A DNA stretch of 52,498 nucleotides from Candidatus Iainarchaeum sp. (GTDB taxonomy: Archaea; Iainarchaeota; Iainarchaeia; Iainarchaeales; Iainarchaeaceae), in assembly GCA_002687735.1 (NCBI GenBank), contig NZBD01000015.1, positions 1-52,498 of the forward strand, given 5' to 3'. The notes below the pieces were generated by a model, which made no database searches, was not told where the DNA came from, and was given only the letters and a program-made list of their open reading frames with translations. The position numbers and the translations under genes are program-made. Numbering within the stretch: the stretch's first letter is position 1; each line of letters starts with the position of its first letter. Below are positions 27,980-36,328 of the stretch, one piece after another.

Positions 27980-28576
27980 GTGGAATTGTGGGGTGTTGGT
28001 TTGTTAAAAGGTTATTTTGTTCAGTATAAGTTCATTATTCCAGAGGCAACTAAACATTCGTCATATACTTACCAAAAACTTTTTAGGGCACTATATGGTT
28101 ACACTCAGAATGTTACCAAAGCTAACGGGAAAACCTATCACTATCACAGAAAAGGAATTCTTTCGGAAATCCCATACATCCGCCCAGGAAAGAATTGTGT
28201 TATTATTCCTCCAAAATCTTTTAGTTCTTTAGATTCTTTTTTCAAAACAGGAAAAAACCCAAGTCATTATTGGAGAGTTAAAGGGGACTGGAAAGCTGTT
28301 TTTTATTTAGACGAAAAAAATCTTGATGAAAAACAAGTTGTTACTGCACTTAAGGATCAGATTAAAAGAGGGTTTCAGGGAGATGATCAGGCTGTGCTGG
28401 ATCTTACTTTCTTAGCGGACAAAGTTAAAAATAATGAGCCGATTTCTAAGGACAAAATCAATTTGGCTTTAAATGAAGCCGAACCAATAATTTCAAACCC
28501 TTGGTTTAAGGAAGTTTACCAAAAAGACCCTGGGTTAAAACAGTTTTTTGACGCTTATCGTGCTTTAAAGCCTTAG
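27980..28576 (+). CDS. Hypothetical protein (possible Cas2/VapD-like alpha-beta fold, start uncertain)
   Basis: FRALYGY...YHYHRKGILSEIPYIR; fold is a guess. Confidence 0.6.
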   Translation: MELWGVGLLKGYFVQYKFIIPEATKHSSYTYQKLFRALYGYTQNVTKANGKTYHYHRKGILSEIPYIRPGKNCVIIPPKSFSSLDSFFKTGKNPSHYWRVKGDWKAVFYLDEKNLDEKQVVTALKDQIKRGFQGDDQAVLDLTFLADKVKNNEPISKDKINLALNEAEPIISNPWFKEVYQKDPGLKQFFDAYRALKP

Positions 28577-28578
28577 TT

Positions 28579-28992
28579 TTAGCTATTTTTAACAGTTTCT
28601 TTTTCATTTTCAATTTTCTCTTTTTTACCTTCTAATTTTATTAAAATATCTCGTTTTCTCCATTTTTTCTTCCCTCCGACATTGTTTGTTTCAACAAGGC
28701 CGATATCAACTAATGTTTTGATATAGGGGTACAAACTCCGATCATTCTTATAATCCATTCCAAAAAGCTCTCTGATTCTCCTTAGGATTTCATCCATTGT
28801 AATCCATTCATCAAACCCCAGAATTGCGGCGATATGAGACGCCTGTGAATTATCATTCAATTTAATATAATCCCAAACACTGTGAATTTCTTCAATTAAC
28901 TCTTCTTTTTTTTCATAAATGCTATTCTTGAGAGATGGGGCTTCTTTTTTTTCTATTTTAAATATCTTTTTTAACCAACCAACTAAATCCAT
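28579..28992 (-). CDS. Winged-helix protein
   Basis: WITMDEILRRI...SLYPYIKTLVDIGLVET...KKKWRK; probable start MDLVGW at 28992. Confidence 0.7.
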   Translation of the reverse strand: MDLVGWLKKIFKIEKKEAPSLKNSIYEKKEELIEEIHSVWDYIKLNDNSQASHIAAILGFDEWITMDEILRRIRELFGMDYKNDRSLYPYIKTLVDIGLVETNNVGGKKKWRKRDILIKLEGKKEKIENEKETVKNS

Positions 28993-29224
28993 ATTAGTAA
29001 TTACTCTAAACTCCTTTTTATAATTATTGTTATGCCTACGATTACTCTTTATCAACAAAGTAATGCTTTATTTTGCTGGTAATTACTAGTCTTTTTTTGC
29101 TGATTGCCGTATTTTTAGGCATAATTTCTTGTTTTTAATGTATTTTGGCAATAATATTAACAAAAAGTAAGCGTGTTTTACGTATCATTTCAGGGTTTTT
29201 TGGTATTGGTTGATAAAATTATTT

Positions 29225-29323
29225 TTTTGTGAGTGTATTTTTAGTGCTTTTTATAAATTCGGTTGTTTTGTGAGTGTATTTTTCAGGGTTTTAGAAAAAA
29301 AAGTTTATTTTTGAGTATGATTT
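29225..29323. repeat. Direct repeats phased at 41 bp
   Basis: ttttgtgagtgtattttt exact at 29225-29242 and 29266-29283; TGAGT cores at 29230, 29271, 29312. Confidence 0.8.
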
Positions 29324-29421
29324 ACCGGACTTTGAATTAACTAACTGAAAAGTATCGTATTTTAGCAGTTACTCATAAAACAAGCTATTTTAGGTAAGTC
29401 CTGTTAAATTCAGAATTTGAA

Positions 29422-29496
29422 TAGCGGGGGAAGGATTTGAACCTTCGACCTTCGGGTTATGAGCCCGACGGGCACTCCTGACTGCCCTACCCCGCT
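29422..29496 (-). tRNA. tRNA-Met(CAT), initiator
   Basis: Cloverleaf, CAT anticodon, A1-U72 pair, three consecutive G-C pairs in the anticodon stem. Confidence 0.95.
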
Positions 29497-29698
29497 ATAA
29501 ATCAAATATACTCATTACACGTAAGTTTAATAAACCCAATTATTTTGCCTAATATCCTTTATTTTAGCGTAAAATCCAATTTAAAGCTATTTGTTGCGGT
29601 TTATTGTAGTTTAAAGCTATAATTTGGCTTTGTTTTGGTTTTAACTGGTTTGTTTTATTGTAAATTGCGCTTCGTTCTATGTCCAAGAATTCGTGTAT

Positions 29699-30241
29699 TC
29701 ATATTGCTTTTTCCAGGTCGGTCAACTCGGATTTCATTAAGTCAATTTTCTTTTTCAAGTCTTTGACTCTTTTCTTGTTGTTTATTGCTTTCAGGGGTCT
29801 GCCGGTATCTGGGCATTTAAACCCGTATTCTGCAGCAATTTCAAAAGGGTAAAATGCACTGTCTTTTCCGGCACTGAAAAAAGCATGGGTTCCTTCAAAT
29901 TCAATTTCTTTTTCAAGTTTGGTTATTTCTTCAACCTGTTGTTCCAGTATTAATGTAGCAATCCGGGGGGCTTTAATTTCCCAGGTGTATGAATACCATC
30001 CCGTTTTCACGTTTTTTGTTTTCTGGTAACAGGCAATACCTCGGTAATGAAGCCTGTTCAAAATAGTTCTAATTTCGGTAATTTTTAAAGGTAATTTTTT
30101 GCCAATTTCTTCATCAGTAACTGGCTTTCGTTTGCCTGAACAAATTTTAACTAATTCAATAGCATAATCCCCGGCAACTGAAATCAAAAAGTCTTTGACC
30201 AATAAGTATTCGTAAATTTTTTTCTTTGGGAATTTAGCCAT
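29699..30241 (-). CDS. tfe: Transcription factor E alpha
   Basis: TDEEIG..ITEIRTILNRLH..GWYSYTW winged helix; degenerate Zn ribbon. Confidence 0.9.
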   Translation of the reverse strand: MAKFPKKKIYEYLLVKDFLISVAGDYAIELVKICSGKRKPVTDEEIGKKLPLKITEIRTILNRLHYRGIACYQKTKNVKTGWYSYTWEIKAPRIATLILEQQVEEITKLEKEIEFEGTHAFFSAGKDSAFYPFEIAAEYGFKCPDTGRPLKAINNKKRVKDLKKKIDLMKSELTDLEKAI

Positions 30242-30290
30242 AGTATATTTTTTCACCGTTATTGTTTTTTAAAGTAAAACGAATTTTTGA

Positions 30291-30821
30291 TTACTTTTTG
30301 TTGACTTTTTTCCCTTTTGCAACCGGTTCAATGGAAATTTTTGCCCCACCAAATTTTTTCGCTAGCTCTTTTCCTTCTTGTAGCCTATCCAAAAAAACAG
30401 CCATTGCGGCGATTTCAGAATGCGGTTGAAGCGTTACCGACACATTATAATCGGCCATTTCATAAACTTCCTTTTCCACTTTTTGAGATCCAATAATCAC
30501 AAGTAATTTGTTAAATTTCCTAATTGCTTGCTCCGTTTCCTGAACCGGCAAACCATACATAGTTAAATGTACAGAGGTAAATCCTTTCTTTTTGTAATGC
30601 GTTATTCTTTTTCTCCAGCTATCAAAAAACTCAACTCCTGCGCCTTTACCCCATTGTTTGTTCATAGTGTTAACCGTATTCTCAATACTTTCATCCTTCT
30701 CTCCAATAACCTCTACTTTATCTGCTCCAAAAGCTCTTGCCACTAGACAACAATGACTTGTAACCCTATAATCTCTCACAGGCCTATGTCCGTATCTGAG
30801 AACAATAATTTCCTTAACCAT
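30291..30821 (-). CDS. trm56: tRNA (cytidine-56-2'-O)-methyltransferase
   Basis: VLRYGHR..RDYRVTSH, VHLTMYG, QPHSEIAA. Confidence 0.93.
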   Translation of the reverse strand: MVKEIIVLRYGHRPVRDYRVTSHCCLVARAFGADKVEVIGEKDESIENTVNTMNKQWGKGAGVEFFDSWRKRITHYKKKGFTSVHLTMYGLPVQETEQAIRKFNKLLVIIGSQKVEKEVYEMADYNVSVTLQPHSEIAAMAVFLDRLQEGKELAKKFGGAKISIEPVAKGKKVNKK

Positions 30822-30881
30822 AGTTAAATTTCGTCTAGAGCAGTTTTTATTCTTTATTTTACTTAAATTCACTGTGATTTT

Positions 30882-32159
30882 ATGCTGGATCTTAAATTTG
30901 TAAGGGAAAACCATTCTTTGATTAGAAAAGACCTTGAAAAAAGGAAAGATAAGGAAAAGCTTCCGTGGTTAAACGAATTACTGAAACTGGATGAGCAGTA
31001 CAGGAAAAAGTTACAGGAAGCTGAAAATCTGAGGGCTAAAAGAAATGAAATCACTAATGAAGTAAAGAAATTACTCTCTGAAAAAAAAGACGCTAAAAAA
31101 AAGATCGCGGAAGCAAAAAGTCTTCCGGACAAAATCAAGAAAATTGAAAAAAACACTGCTCCGTTGAAAGAAAAAATTGATTACTATCTGATGCGTCTTC
31201 CTAATGTTTTGGACGAATCTGTTCCTTATGGAAAAGACGATTCTGAAAACGTTGTTGTAAAGGAAGCCGGAAAAAAAATCTCAAGAAAAGATCTTCCTCC
31301 TCATGGCGAGCTTTTGGAAAAGCATGGTTGGGCTGATTTTGATCGTGCCGCAAAAATTGCAGGGTCAGGATTTTATTTTTTAAAAGGTCAGTTTGCGTTG
31401 TTAGATTTTGCTTTACAAAGATTTGCTCTCGACAAACTTGTCAAAAAAGGTTATTCTGTTATTCAGCCTCCTTTGATGATGAATCGCGAGGCTTATTCAG
31501 GGGTTACGGATTTAAACGATTTTGAGAACGTCATGTATAAAATTGACTCTGAGGATCTTTACCTTATTGCAACTTCCGAACACCCAATGGCTGCGATGTT
31601 CAAGGACGAAATTCTTTCTAGTGAAGAGCTCCCGATTAAGTTTGCAGGAATTTCCCCCTGTTTCAGAAAAGAAATAGGCAAGCATGGTATTGACACGAGA
31701 GGTATTTTCAGGGTTCATCAGTTCAACAAAGTTGAACAGTTTGTTTTCTGTAAGCCGGAAGAGTCTGAGAAGTTCCATGAAGAACTTTTAGAAAATGCCG
31801 AGGAAATTTTCAAAGAACTTGGTTTAGCTTACAGGGTTGTAAATATTTGTACTGGCGATATTGGAATAGTTGCGGCTAAAAAATATGATATGGATGTCTG
31901 GATGCCAAGGGAAGAAAAGTACAGAGAAGTTGTTTCAAACAGCAACTGTACAACTTACCAAGCGGTCCGTTCCAATATAAAATTCAGGAACAAAGACGGT
32001 TCAAAAGAATTTGTTCATACTTTAAACAGCACAGCTATTGCAACATCAAGAGCACTAAGAGCTTTGCTTGAAACCCATTATGATAAAGGAGTAATAAAAA
32101 TACCAAAGCCTTTACAACCGTACATGAACGGAGCAAAGGAAATCAAACATGAGAAATAG
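30882..32159 (+). CDS. serS: Seryl-tRNA synthetase (standard type)
   Basis: LIATSEHP, FRKE, RVHQFNKVEQF, HTLNSTA. Confidence 0.96.
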   Translation: MLDLKFVRENHSLIRKDLEKRKDKEKLPWLNELLKLDEQYRKKLQEAENLRAKRNEITNEVKKLLSEKKDAKKKIAEAKSLPDKIKKIEKNTAPLKEKIDYYLMRLPNVLDESVPYGKDDSENVVVKEAGKKISRKDLPPHGELLEKHGWADFDRAAKIAGSGFYFLKGQFALLDFALQRFALDKLVKKGYSVIQPPLMMNREAYSGVTDLNDFENVMYKIDSEDLYLIATSEHPMAAMFKDEILSSEELPIKFAGISPCFRKEIGKHGIDTRGIFRVHQFNKVEQFVFCKPEESEKFHEELLENAEEIFKELGLAYRVVNICTGDIGIVAAKKYDMDVWMPREEKYREVVSNSNCTTYQAVRSNIKFRNKDGSKEFVHTLNSTAIATSRALRALLETHYDKGVIKIPKPLQPYMNGAKEIKHEK

Positions 32160-32160
32160 T

Positions 32161-32448
32161 TTAAGACCCCCAAGCAAGCATTCCGCCTTTCAGGTTGAAT
32201 GCTTCAAATCCGTTTTCATTCAAAAATTTTGTTGCTGTTGCTGACCTGTGTCCGCTTCTGCAAATAACTATAATAGGCCGCTTTGTTGAGAGTTCATTTT
32301 TCCGTTCCGCAAGTTCCCCTAAAGGAATGCACTTATCAGGATTAGCATTTCCTGCATCAATTTCTTTCTTTTCTCTAACATCTAATAAGATAGCTTTTTT
32401 TGCCGTAATGAGCTTTTTTGCTTCTTTCGCAGAAACTTCTTTTACCAT
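32161..32448 (-). CDS. Rhodanese-like sulfurtransferase
   Basis: LDVRE, CRSGHRS, LKGGMLAW. Confidence 0.9.
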   Translation of the reverse strand: MVKEVSAKEAKKLITAKKAILLDVREKKEIDAGNANPDKCIPLGELAERKNELSTKRPIIVICRSGHRSATATKFLNENGFEAFNLKGGMLAWGS

Positions 32449-32527
32449 AGGAAATTTGCTCTGTGCAAAGCTTAAAAAAGCTGTCTTACGCGAATTATAA
32501 TCGTTTAATTGTCCTTATCGGGCGATT

Positions 32528-32601
32528 GGGCCCGTAGCTCAGCCTGGTAGAGCAGCGGACTTTTAATCCGCGTGTCGAGGGTTCAAATCCCTCTGGGCTC
32601 G
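32528..32601 (+). tRNA. tRNA-Lys(TTT)
   Basis: Cloverleaf, anticodon loop CT-TTT-AA, GTTCAAATC T-loop. Confidence 0.96.
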
Positions 32602-32605
32602 TAAC

Positions 32606-32643
32606 CTTTTTCTTTCTTGCGCCCTTTGGGCGGAAAGAAAAAG
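32606..32643. repeat. Inverted repeat hairpin after tRNA-Lys
   Basis: ctttttctttc...cgccc-ttt-gggcg-gaaagaaaaag. Confidence 0.7.
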
Positions 32644-32678
32644 CTTAGCCAAAAAGAAAGAACAAAGGAAAGAAATCC

Positions 32679-34301
32679 ATGGAAGAAAACATTCAGTTTT
32701 GGGCAGAAAAAATAGCAAAAGACATCCAAGAGAGAAAGAAATTTCACTTTTTGGATAAGTCAATTCCTGAGCTAAAAAATCCCACTATAAAAAGCAGTTC
32801 TAGTCTTTCTGGTGTTCTTCACATTGGCCGTCTTAGTGATATAATAAGGGGCGAGGCAGTTTTCCGTGCATTAAAAGAAAACAACTCCAATGCCGAGTTC
32901 ATTTATGTTACTGAGGACATGGATCCTTTAAGGAAAATCCCAAAAGGCGTCCCAAAAGATTTTGAACAATATATAGGAATGCCAGTTAGTAATGTTCCTG
33001 ATCCTGAGGGCTGCCATGCAAGTTATGGTGATCACTTTAAAGAAAAGTTTCTGAAAATCTTTGACGGTTTTCTCACTTATGAGCCAAAGCTTTATTCTAT
33101 GAGTGAAGAATACAAAAAAGGAAATTTCACGCCTTATATTTTAGAGTTAGTAAAGAATACCGAGAAAGCAAAAGAAATCATTTCAAGGTTTCAAGATTCT
33201 CCAGTTTCTGATACCTGGACTTCCTGGAAACCAATTTGTGAAAACTGCGGAAAATTACAAACAACCGTTGTAACAAAAATCAGTGGAACAAAAATTGATT
33301 ATGTTTGTAAGGACTATGATTTTGAAACAACTAAAGCAATTGGGTGCAATCATGAGGGAACATCAGATTTAAAGAAAGCAGTTGGAAAATTGATTTGGAA
33401 GAGCGAGTGGGCTGCTCAGTGGAAACGTTGGCAAGTAGTAAGTGAAGGAGCCGGAAAAGAATACAATGCACCTAACTCTGCGTGGTTTGTGAACGCGGAA
33501 ATTTGCGAAAAAGTTCTTGATTATCCGATGCCGGAACCAATTTTTTATGAACATTTATTCATTGATGGCCAAAAAATGTCTGCATCAGTAGGGAACGTTG
33601 TTTATCCTCATGAATGGCTTGAAGTTGGCAGGCCAGAAGCGTTAAAGCTTTTATACATGAAAAAACTTGCGAAAACCAGGAGCTTTTCCTGGAAAGACTT
33701 ACCTATTCTGGAAAGCGAATTAGATAAAGCTGCTCTAGCGGATACTTTAATTACTGAATTAGGTGACTCGAAAGAGAAGAAACAATTACAAAAACTTTAC
33801 CATTATTCTAAAGTAAAAGGCAGAGAGGCATTCCCGGTTCAAGTTGACTATTCATTAGTTGCATCGCTTGTCACTACTATTCCCGATAATCAACTGTTAT
33901 TTGAGAAATTGGTCGAGATGCAAGAATTTGACAAACAAGGTTTGGAAAAAATGAAAGAGCAAGTATTTGAAAGGATGAACCATGCCAGAAATTGGGTTGA
34001 GAAATATGTTCCAGAGAAGAAATTAGAATTTGTGGAAGAATATTCTGTAGAAGGAATTGATGAAAAAACGAAAAAACTTTTTGCGGATATTGCAAATGAG
34101 TTGGATAAAGATAATAGTGTTGGTGAGGTACAACAAAGGATATTTGAAACAGCAAAAGCTAATGGCATTAAACCACAGGACTTATTCAGGTCTCTTTACC
34201 AAGTTATGATTGGAAAAGAACGTGGGCCAAAAATAGGTACTTTGGTTTTTGCTTTTGGAAAAGAAAAAGTAATTGAACGTTTAAAGGAAATTTCCTCTTA
34301 G
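32679..34301 (+). CDS. lysK: Class I lysyl-tRNA synthetase
   Basis: SGVLHIG, DMDPLRKIP, CENCG, GKE, KMSAS, RGPKIG. Confidence 0.95.
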   Translation: MEENIQFWAEKIAKDIQERKKFHFLDKSIPELKNPTIKSSSSLSGVLHIGRLSDIIRGEAVFRALKENNSNAEFIYVTEDMDPLRKIPKGVPKDFEQYIGMPVSNVPDPEGCHASYGDHFKEKFLKIFDGFLTYEPKLYSMSEEYKKGNFTPYILELVKNTEKAKEIISRFQDSPVSDTWTSWKPICENCGKLQTTVVTKISGTKIDYVCKDYDFETTKAIGCNHEGTSDLKKAVGKLIWKSEWAAQWKRWQVVSEGAGKEYNAPNSAWFVNAEICEKVLDYPMPEPIFYEHLFIDGQKMSASVGNVVYPHEWLEVGRPEALKLLYMKKLAKTRSFSWKDLPILESELDKAALADTLITELGDSKEKKQLQKLYHYSKVKGREAFPVQVDYSLVASLVTTIPDNQLLFEKLVEMQEFDKQGLEKMKEQVFERMNHARNWVEKYVPEKKLEFVEEYSVEGIDEKTKKLFADIANELDKDNSVGEVQQRIFETAKANGIKPQDLFRSLYQVMIGKERGPKIGTLVFAFGKEKVIERLKEISS

Positions 34302-34302
34302 A

Positions 34303-34376
34303 GGGCCCATAGCTCAGCCTGGTAGAGCAGCGGACTCTTAATCCGCGTGTCGAGGGTTCAAATCCCTCTGGGCTCG
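34303..34376 (+). tRNA. tRNA-Lys(CTT)
   Basis: Cloverleaf, anticodon loop CT-CTT-AA. Confidence 0.96.
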
Positions 34377-34444
34377 CATTCTATTTTCGCAGTGGCAATG
34401 TGCCCCTTCGAAATTTGATTATACTAAAAAATTGTTATTTTAGT

Positions 34445-35344
34445 ATGCATTCAATCTCAGTTTCCTTAATTAGGAATTTACAGGAATCTAGACGAAAAGC
34501 AATTTCTTACAAAGCTATCGCGAAAGAGTTTAATTTAAGCCCCGCTACTGTTTTGAAATATTGTAGAAAAGTTGAGCTGAAAGGTTCGGGGAAACGAATT
34601 CTTGAAATAAATGAACAGGTTAACAGAGAAAAATTTGCTGAAGTATATGCTAAGGTTAAGAAAATAAGGAAACCTTTATTTTCCAAAAAATTTTCAAATC
34701 TACTAGGGCATTTGTTTTTTGACGGCTCAGTTAATTTTACACTAGGAAGATATGATTTAACTTATACAAATGCGTCTCAAAAGTTGGTTCATACGTTTAA
34801 CAAAAATATGATTGAATCTTTTGATTTGAAGTCTGGAAAAATATCTAAAATTTCTGGAGTGAATTTTGATTGGTTTGTTTGTCATCATTATTCTAAATCT
34901 GTTTGTGAATTTTTATCAGAGTTATCCGAATCATTTAGTACTTCTGATGGTATTGGTGTCCCCACGCAAATTTTGGAAGGAGATAATGGAATTAAAGCCG
35001 CTTTTTTGGGTGCTTTTTGGGATGATGAAGGAAGCATTTCTGATTCTGGTAAGCTTGAAGGTAGCTTGGTTTCAAAAGAAATGATTGTTGGGCTTTCAAA
35101 ATTGCATTTTGATTTAGGGATTGAAAACAAGGTTTATACAAATAAGAAGAAGGGAGATTTCACTGTTCATATTAACAAAAACGAAGTGAATTACTTGTTG
35201 TTTCAAGAAAAAATCGGGTTTTCTGATTCATTAGTAGTTCATGGAAAAAATAGTGGGAACTTGAAAAAGAACGTGTTGCGTGAAAAAATTAGGGGTTATA
35301 GAAACCATTTAAAACTCTCCCAAACTAACTATTTACGATTGTAG
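34445..35344 (+). CDS. Free-standing double-motif LAGLIDADG endonuclease-like protein with N-terminal HTH
   Basis: SYKAIAKEFNLSPATV HTH; LLGHLFFDGSV and FLGAFWDDEGSI motifs. Confidence 0.85.
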   Translation: MHSISVSLIRNLQESRRKAISYKAIAKEFNLSPATVLKYCRKVELKGSGKRILEINEQVNREKFAEVYAKVKKIRKPLFSKKFSNLLGHLFFDGSVNFTLGRYDLTYTNASQKLVHTFNKNMIESFDLKSGKISKISGVNFDWFVCHHYSKSVCEFLSELSESFSTSDGIGVPTQILEGDNGIKAAFLGAFWDDEGSISDSGKLEGSLVSKEMIVGLSKLHFDLGIENKVYTNKKKGDFTVHINKNEVNYLLFQEKIGFSDSLVVHGKNSGNLKKNVLREKIRGYRNHLKLSQTNYLRL

Positions 35345-35455
35345 GGGTCGTAGCTCAGTCTGGGAGAGCACGGGGCTGAAGGGAATTTTAATTGCTGATT
35401 TGTAATTTTATTCTCAGTTACCTCGGTGTCGCGGGTTCAAATCCCGCCGACCCCA
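35344..35455 (+). tRNA. tRNA-Phe(GAA) with 38-nt intron (35382-35419) at position 37/38
   Basis: Cloverleaf after intron removal; bulge-helix-bulge with ctga/tcag helix and 3-nt bulges. Confidence 0.93.
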
Positions 35456-35520
35456 TTCCCAAAAAGAAAGAGAAAATGCATTCTGATCCTTTTTTCAACT
35501 TTTATATTCTTTATTATATT

Positions 35521-36282
35521 ATGCTGGATTTAAACAAAAAAACGGTAGTTGTTACCGGTGCATCGCGCGGCCTCGGAAGAGCCATTGCTCTGGCTTTTGC
35601 TAAAGAAGGATGTAATTTAGTTTTGAATTTTGTTTCTGATTCAAGCAAAGAAAAAATCGATTCTTTAGAAAAAGAAATTGCGAAGTTAGGCGTGAAGAGT
35701 ATTGCTGTTCAGGCGGATGTTTCTAAAGAAGATGAATGTAAAAAAGTTTTAGATTCTGCAGTAAAAGAATTTAATTCCGTTTTTGTTCTGGCGAATAATG
35801 CCGGAGTTTATTCAGGCAAACCAGGAACCCCAACTTGGGAACTCGACGAACAGGAGTTTGACAAAATTTTTTCCGTTAATGTTAAAGGATTATTTTTTAT
35901 GGTGAAGCATATTGGAAAATGGATGATTGATAATAAAGTTAAAGGCACAATTGTTAACACTGCTTCAGTTGCAGGTTTGGATGCGAGTACTTCCGGAAGT
36001 ATTTACGGTGCGTCAAAATCTGCAGTTTATGGTTTTACAAAAACATGGGCTGTTGAATTTGGCCAGCACGGTATTAGAGTTAACTCTGTTTCTCCTGGGC
36101 CAGTTGACACTGATTTGCTGGAAAAGGTTTCCTTGGAGAAAAAAAAGCAGTTTGCTGAGGAAACCCCGCTTGGGGCTATTGCAAAACCGGAAGATATTGC
36201 TGATGCTGTTGTTTTTATGGCAAAACAGGAAAGAATCAACGGTCAGACCATTGTTGTTGATGGCGGGCGTTTAAGACATTAA
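35521..36282 (+). CDS. Short-chain dehydrogenase/reductase (FabG-like)
   Basis: TGASRGLG, NNAG, YGASK, GIRVNSVSPG. Confidence 0.93.
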   Translation: MLDLNKKTVVVTGASRGLGRAIALAFAKEGCNLVLNFVSDSSKEKIDSLEKEIAKLGVKSIAVQADVSKEDECKKVLDSAVKEFNSVFVLANNAGVYSGKPGTPTWELDEQEFDKIFSVNVKGLFFMVKHIGKWMIDNKVKGTIVNTASVAGLDASTSGSIYGASKSAVYGFTKTWAVEFGQHGIRVNSVSPGPVDTDLLEKVSLEKKKQFAEETPLGAIAKPEDIADAVVFMAKQERINGQTIVVDGGRLRH

Positions 36283-36328
36283 AAGCAAAATTGCGTTGGC
36301 TTTTAATTAGTTTTCGTTCAAATTATTT

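Noticed and set aside
27530-27985. dif site beside xerA (attcgacataa; ataa-N6-ttat at ~27964)
   Set aside because: The arms are not symmetric enough to call a 28-bp dif site by eye
29225-29323. Regularly spaced repeats as a CRISPR array
   Set aside because: Only two exact 18-bp copies, a 41-bp period that is too short, low-complexity spacers and no cas genes
26487-29496. Provirus or integrative element bounded by xerA and tRNA-iMet
   Set aside because: No duplicated tRNA 3' end seen and no viral or conjugation genes; kept only as an alternative
35392-35520. N-terminal extension of the SDR ORF
   Set aside because: It overlaps tRNA-Phe; the SDR homology begins at ATG 35521
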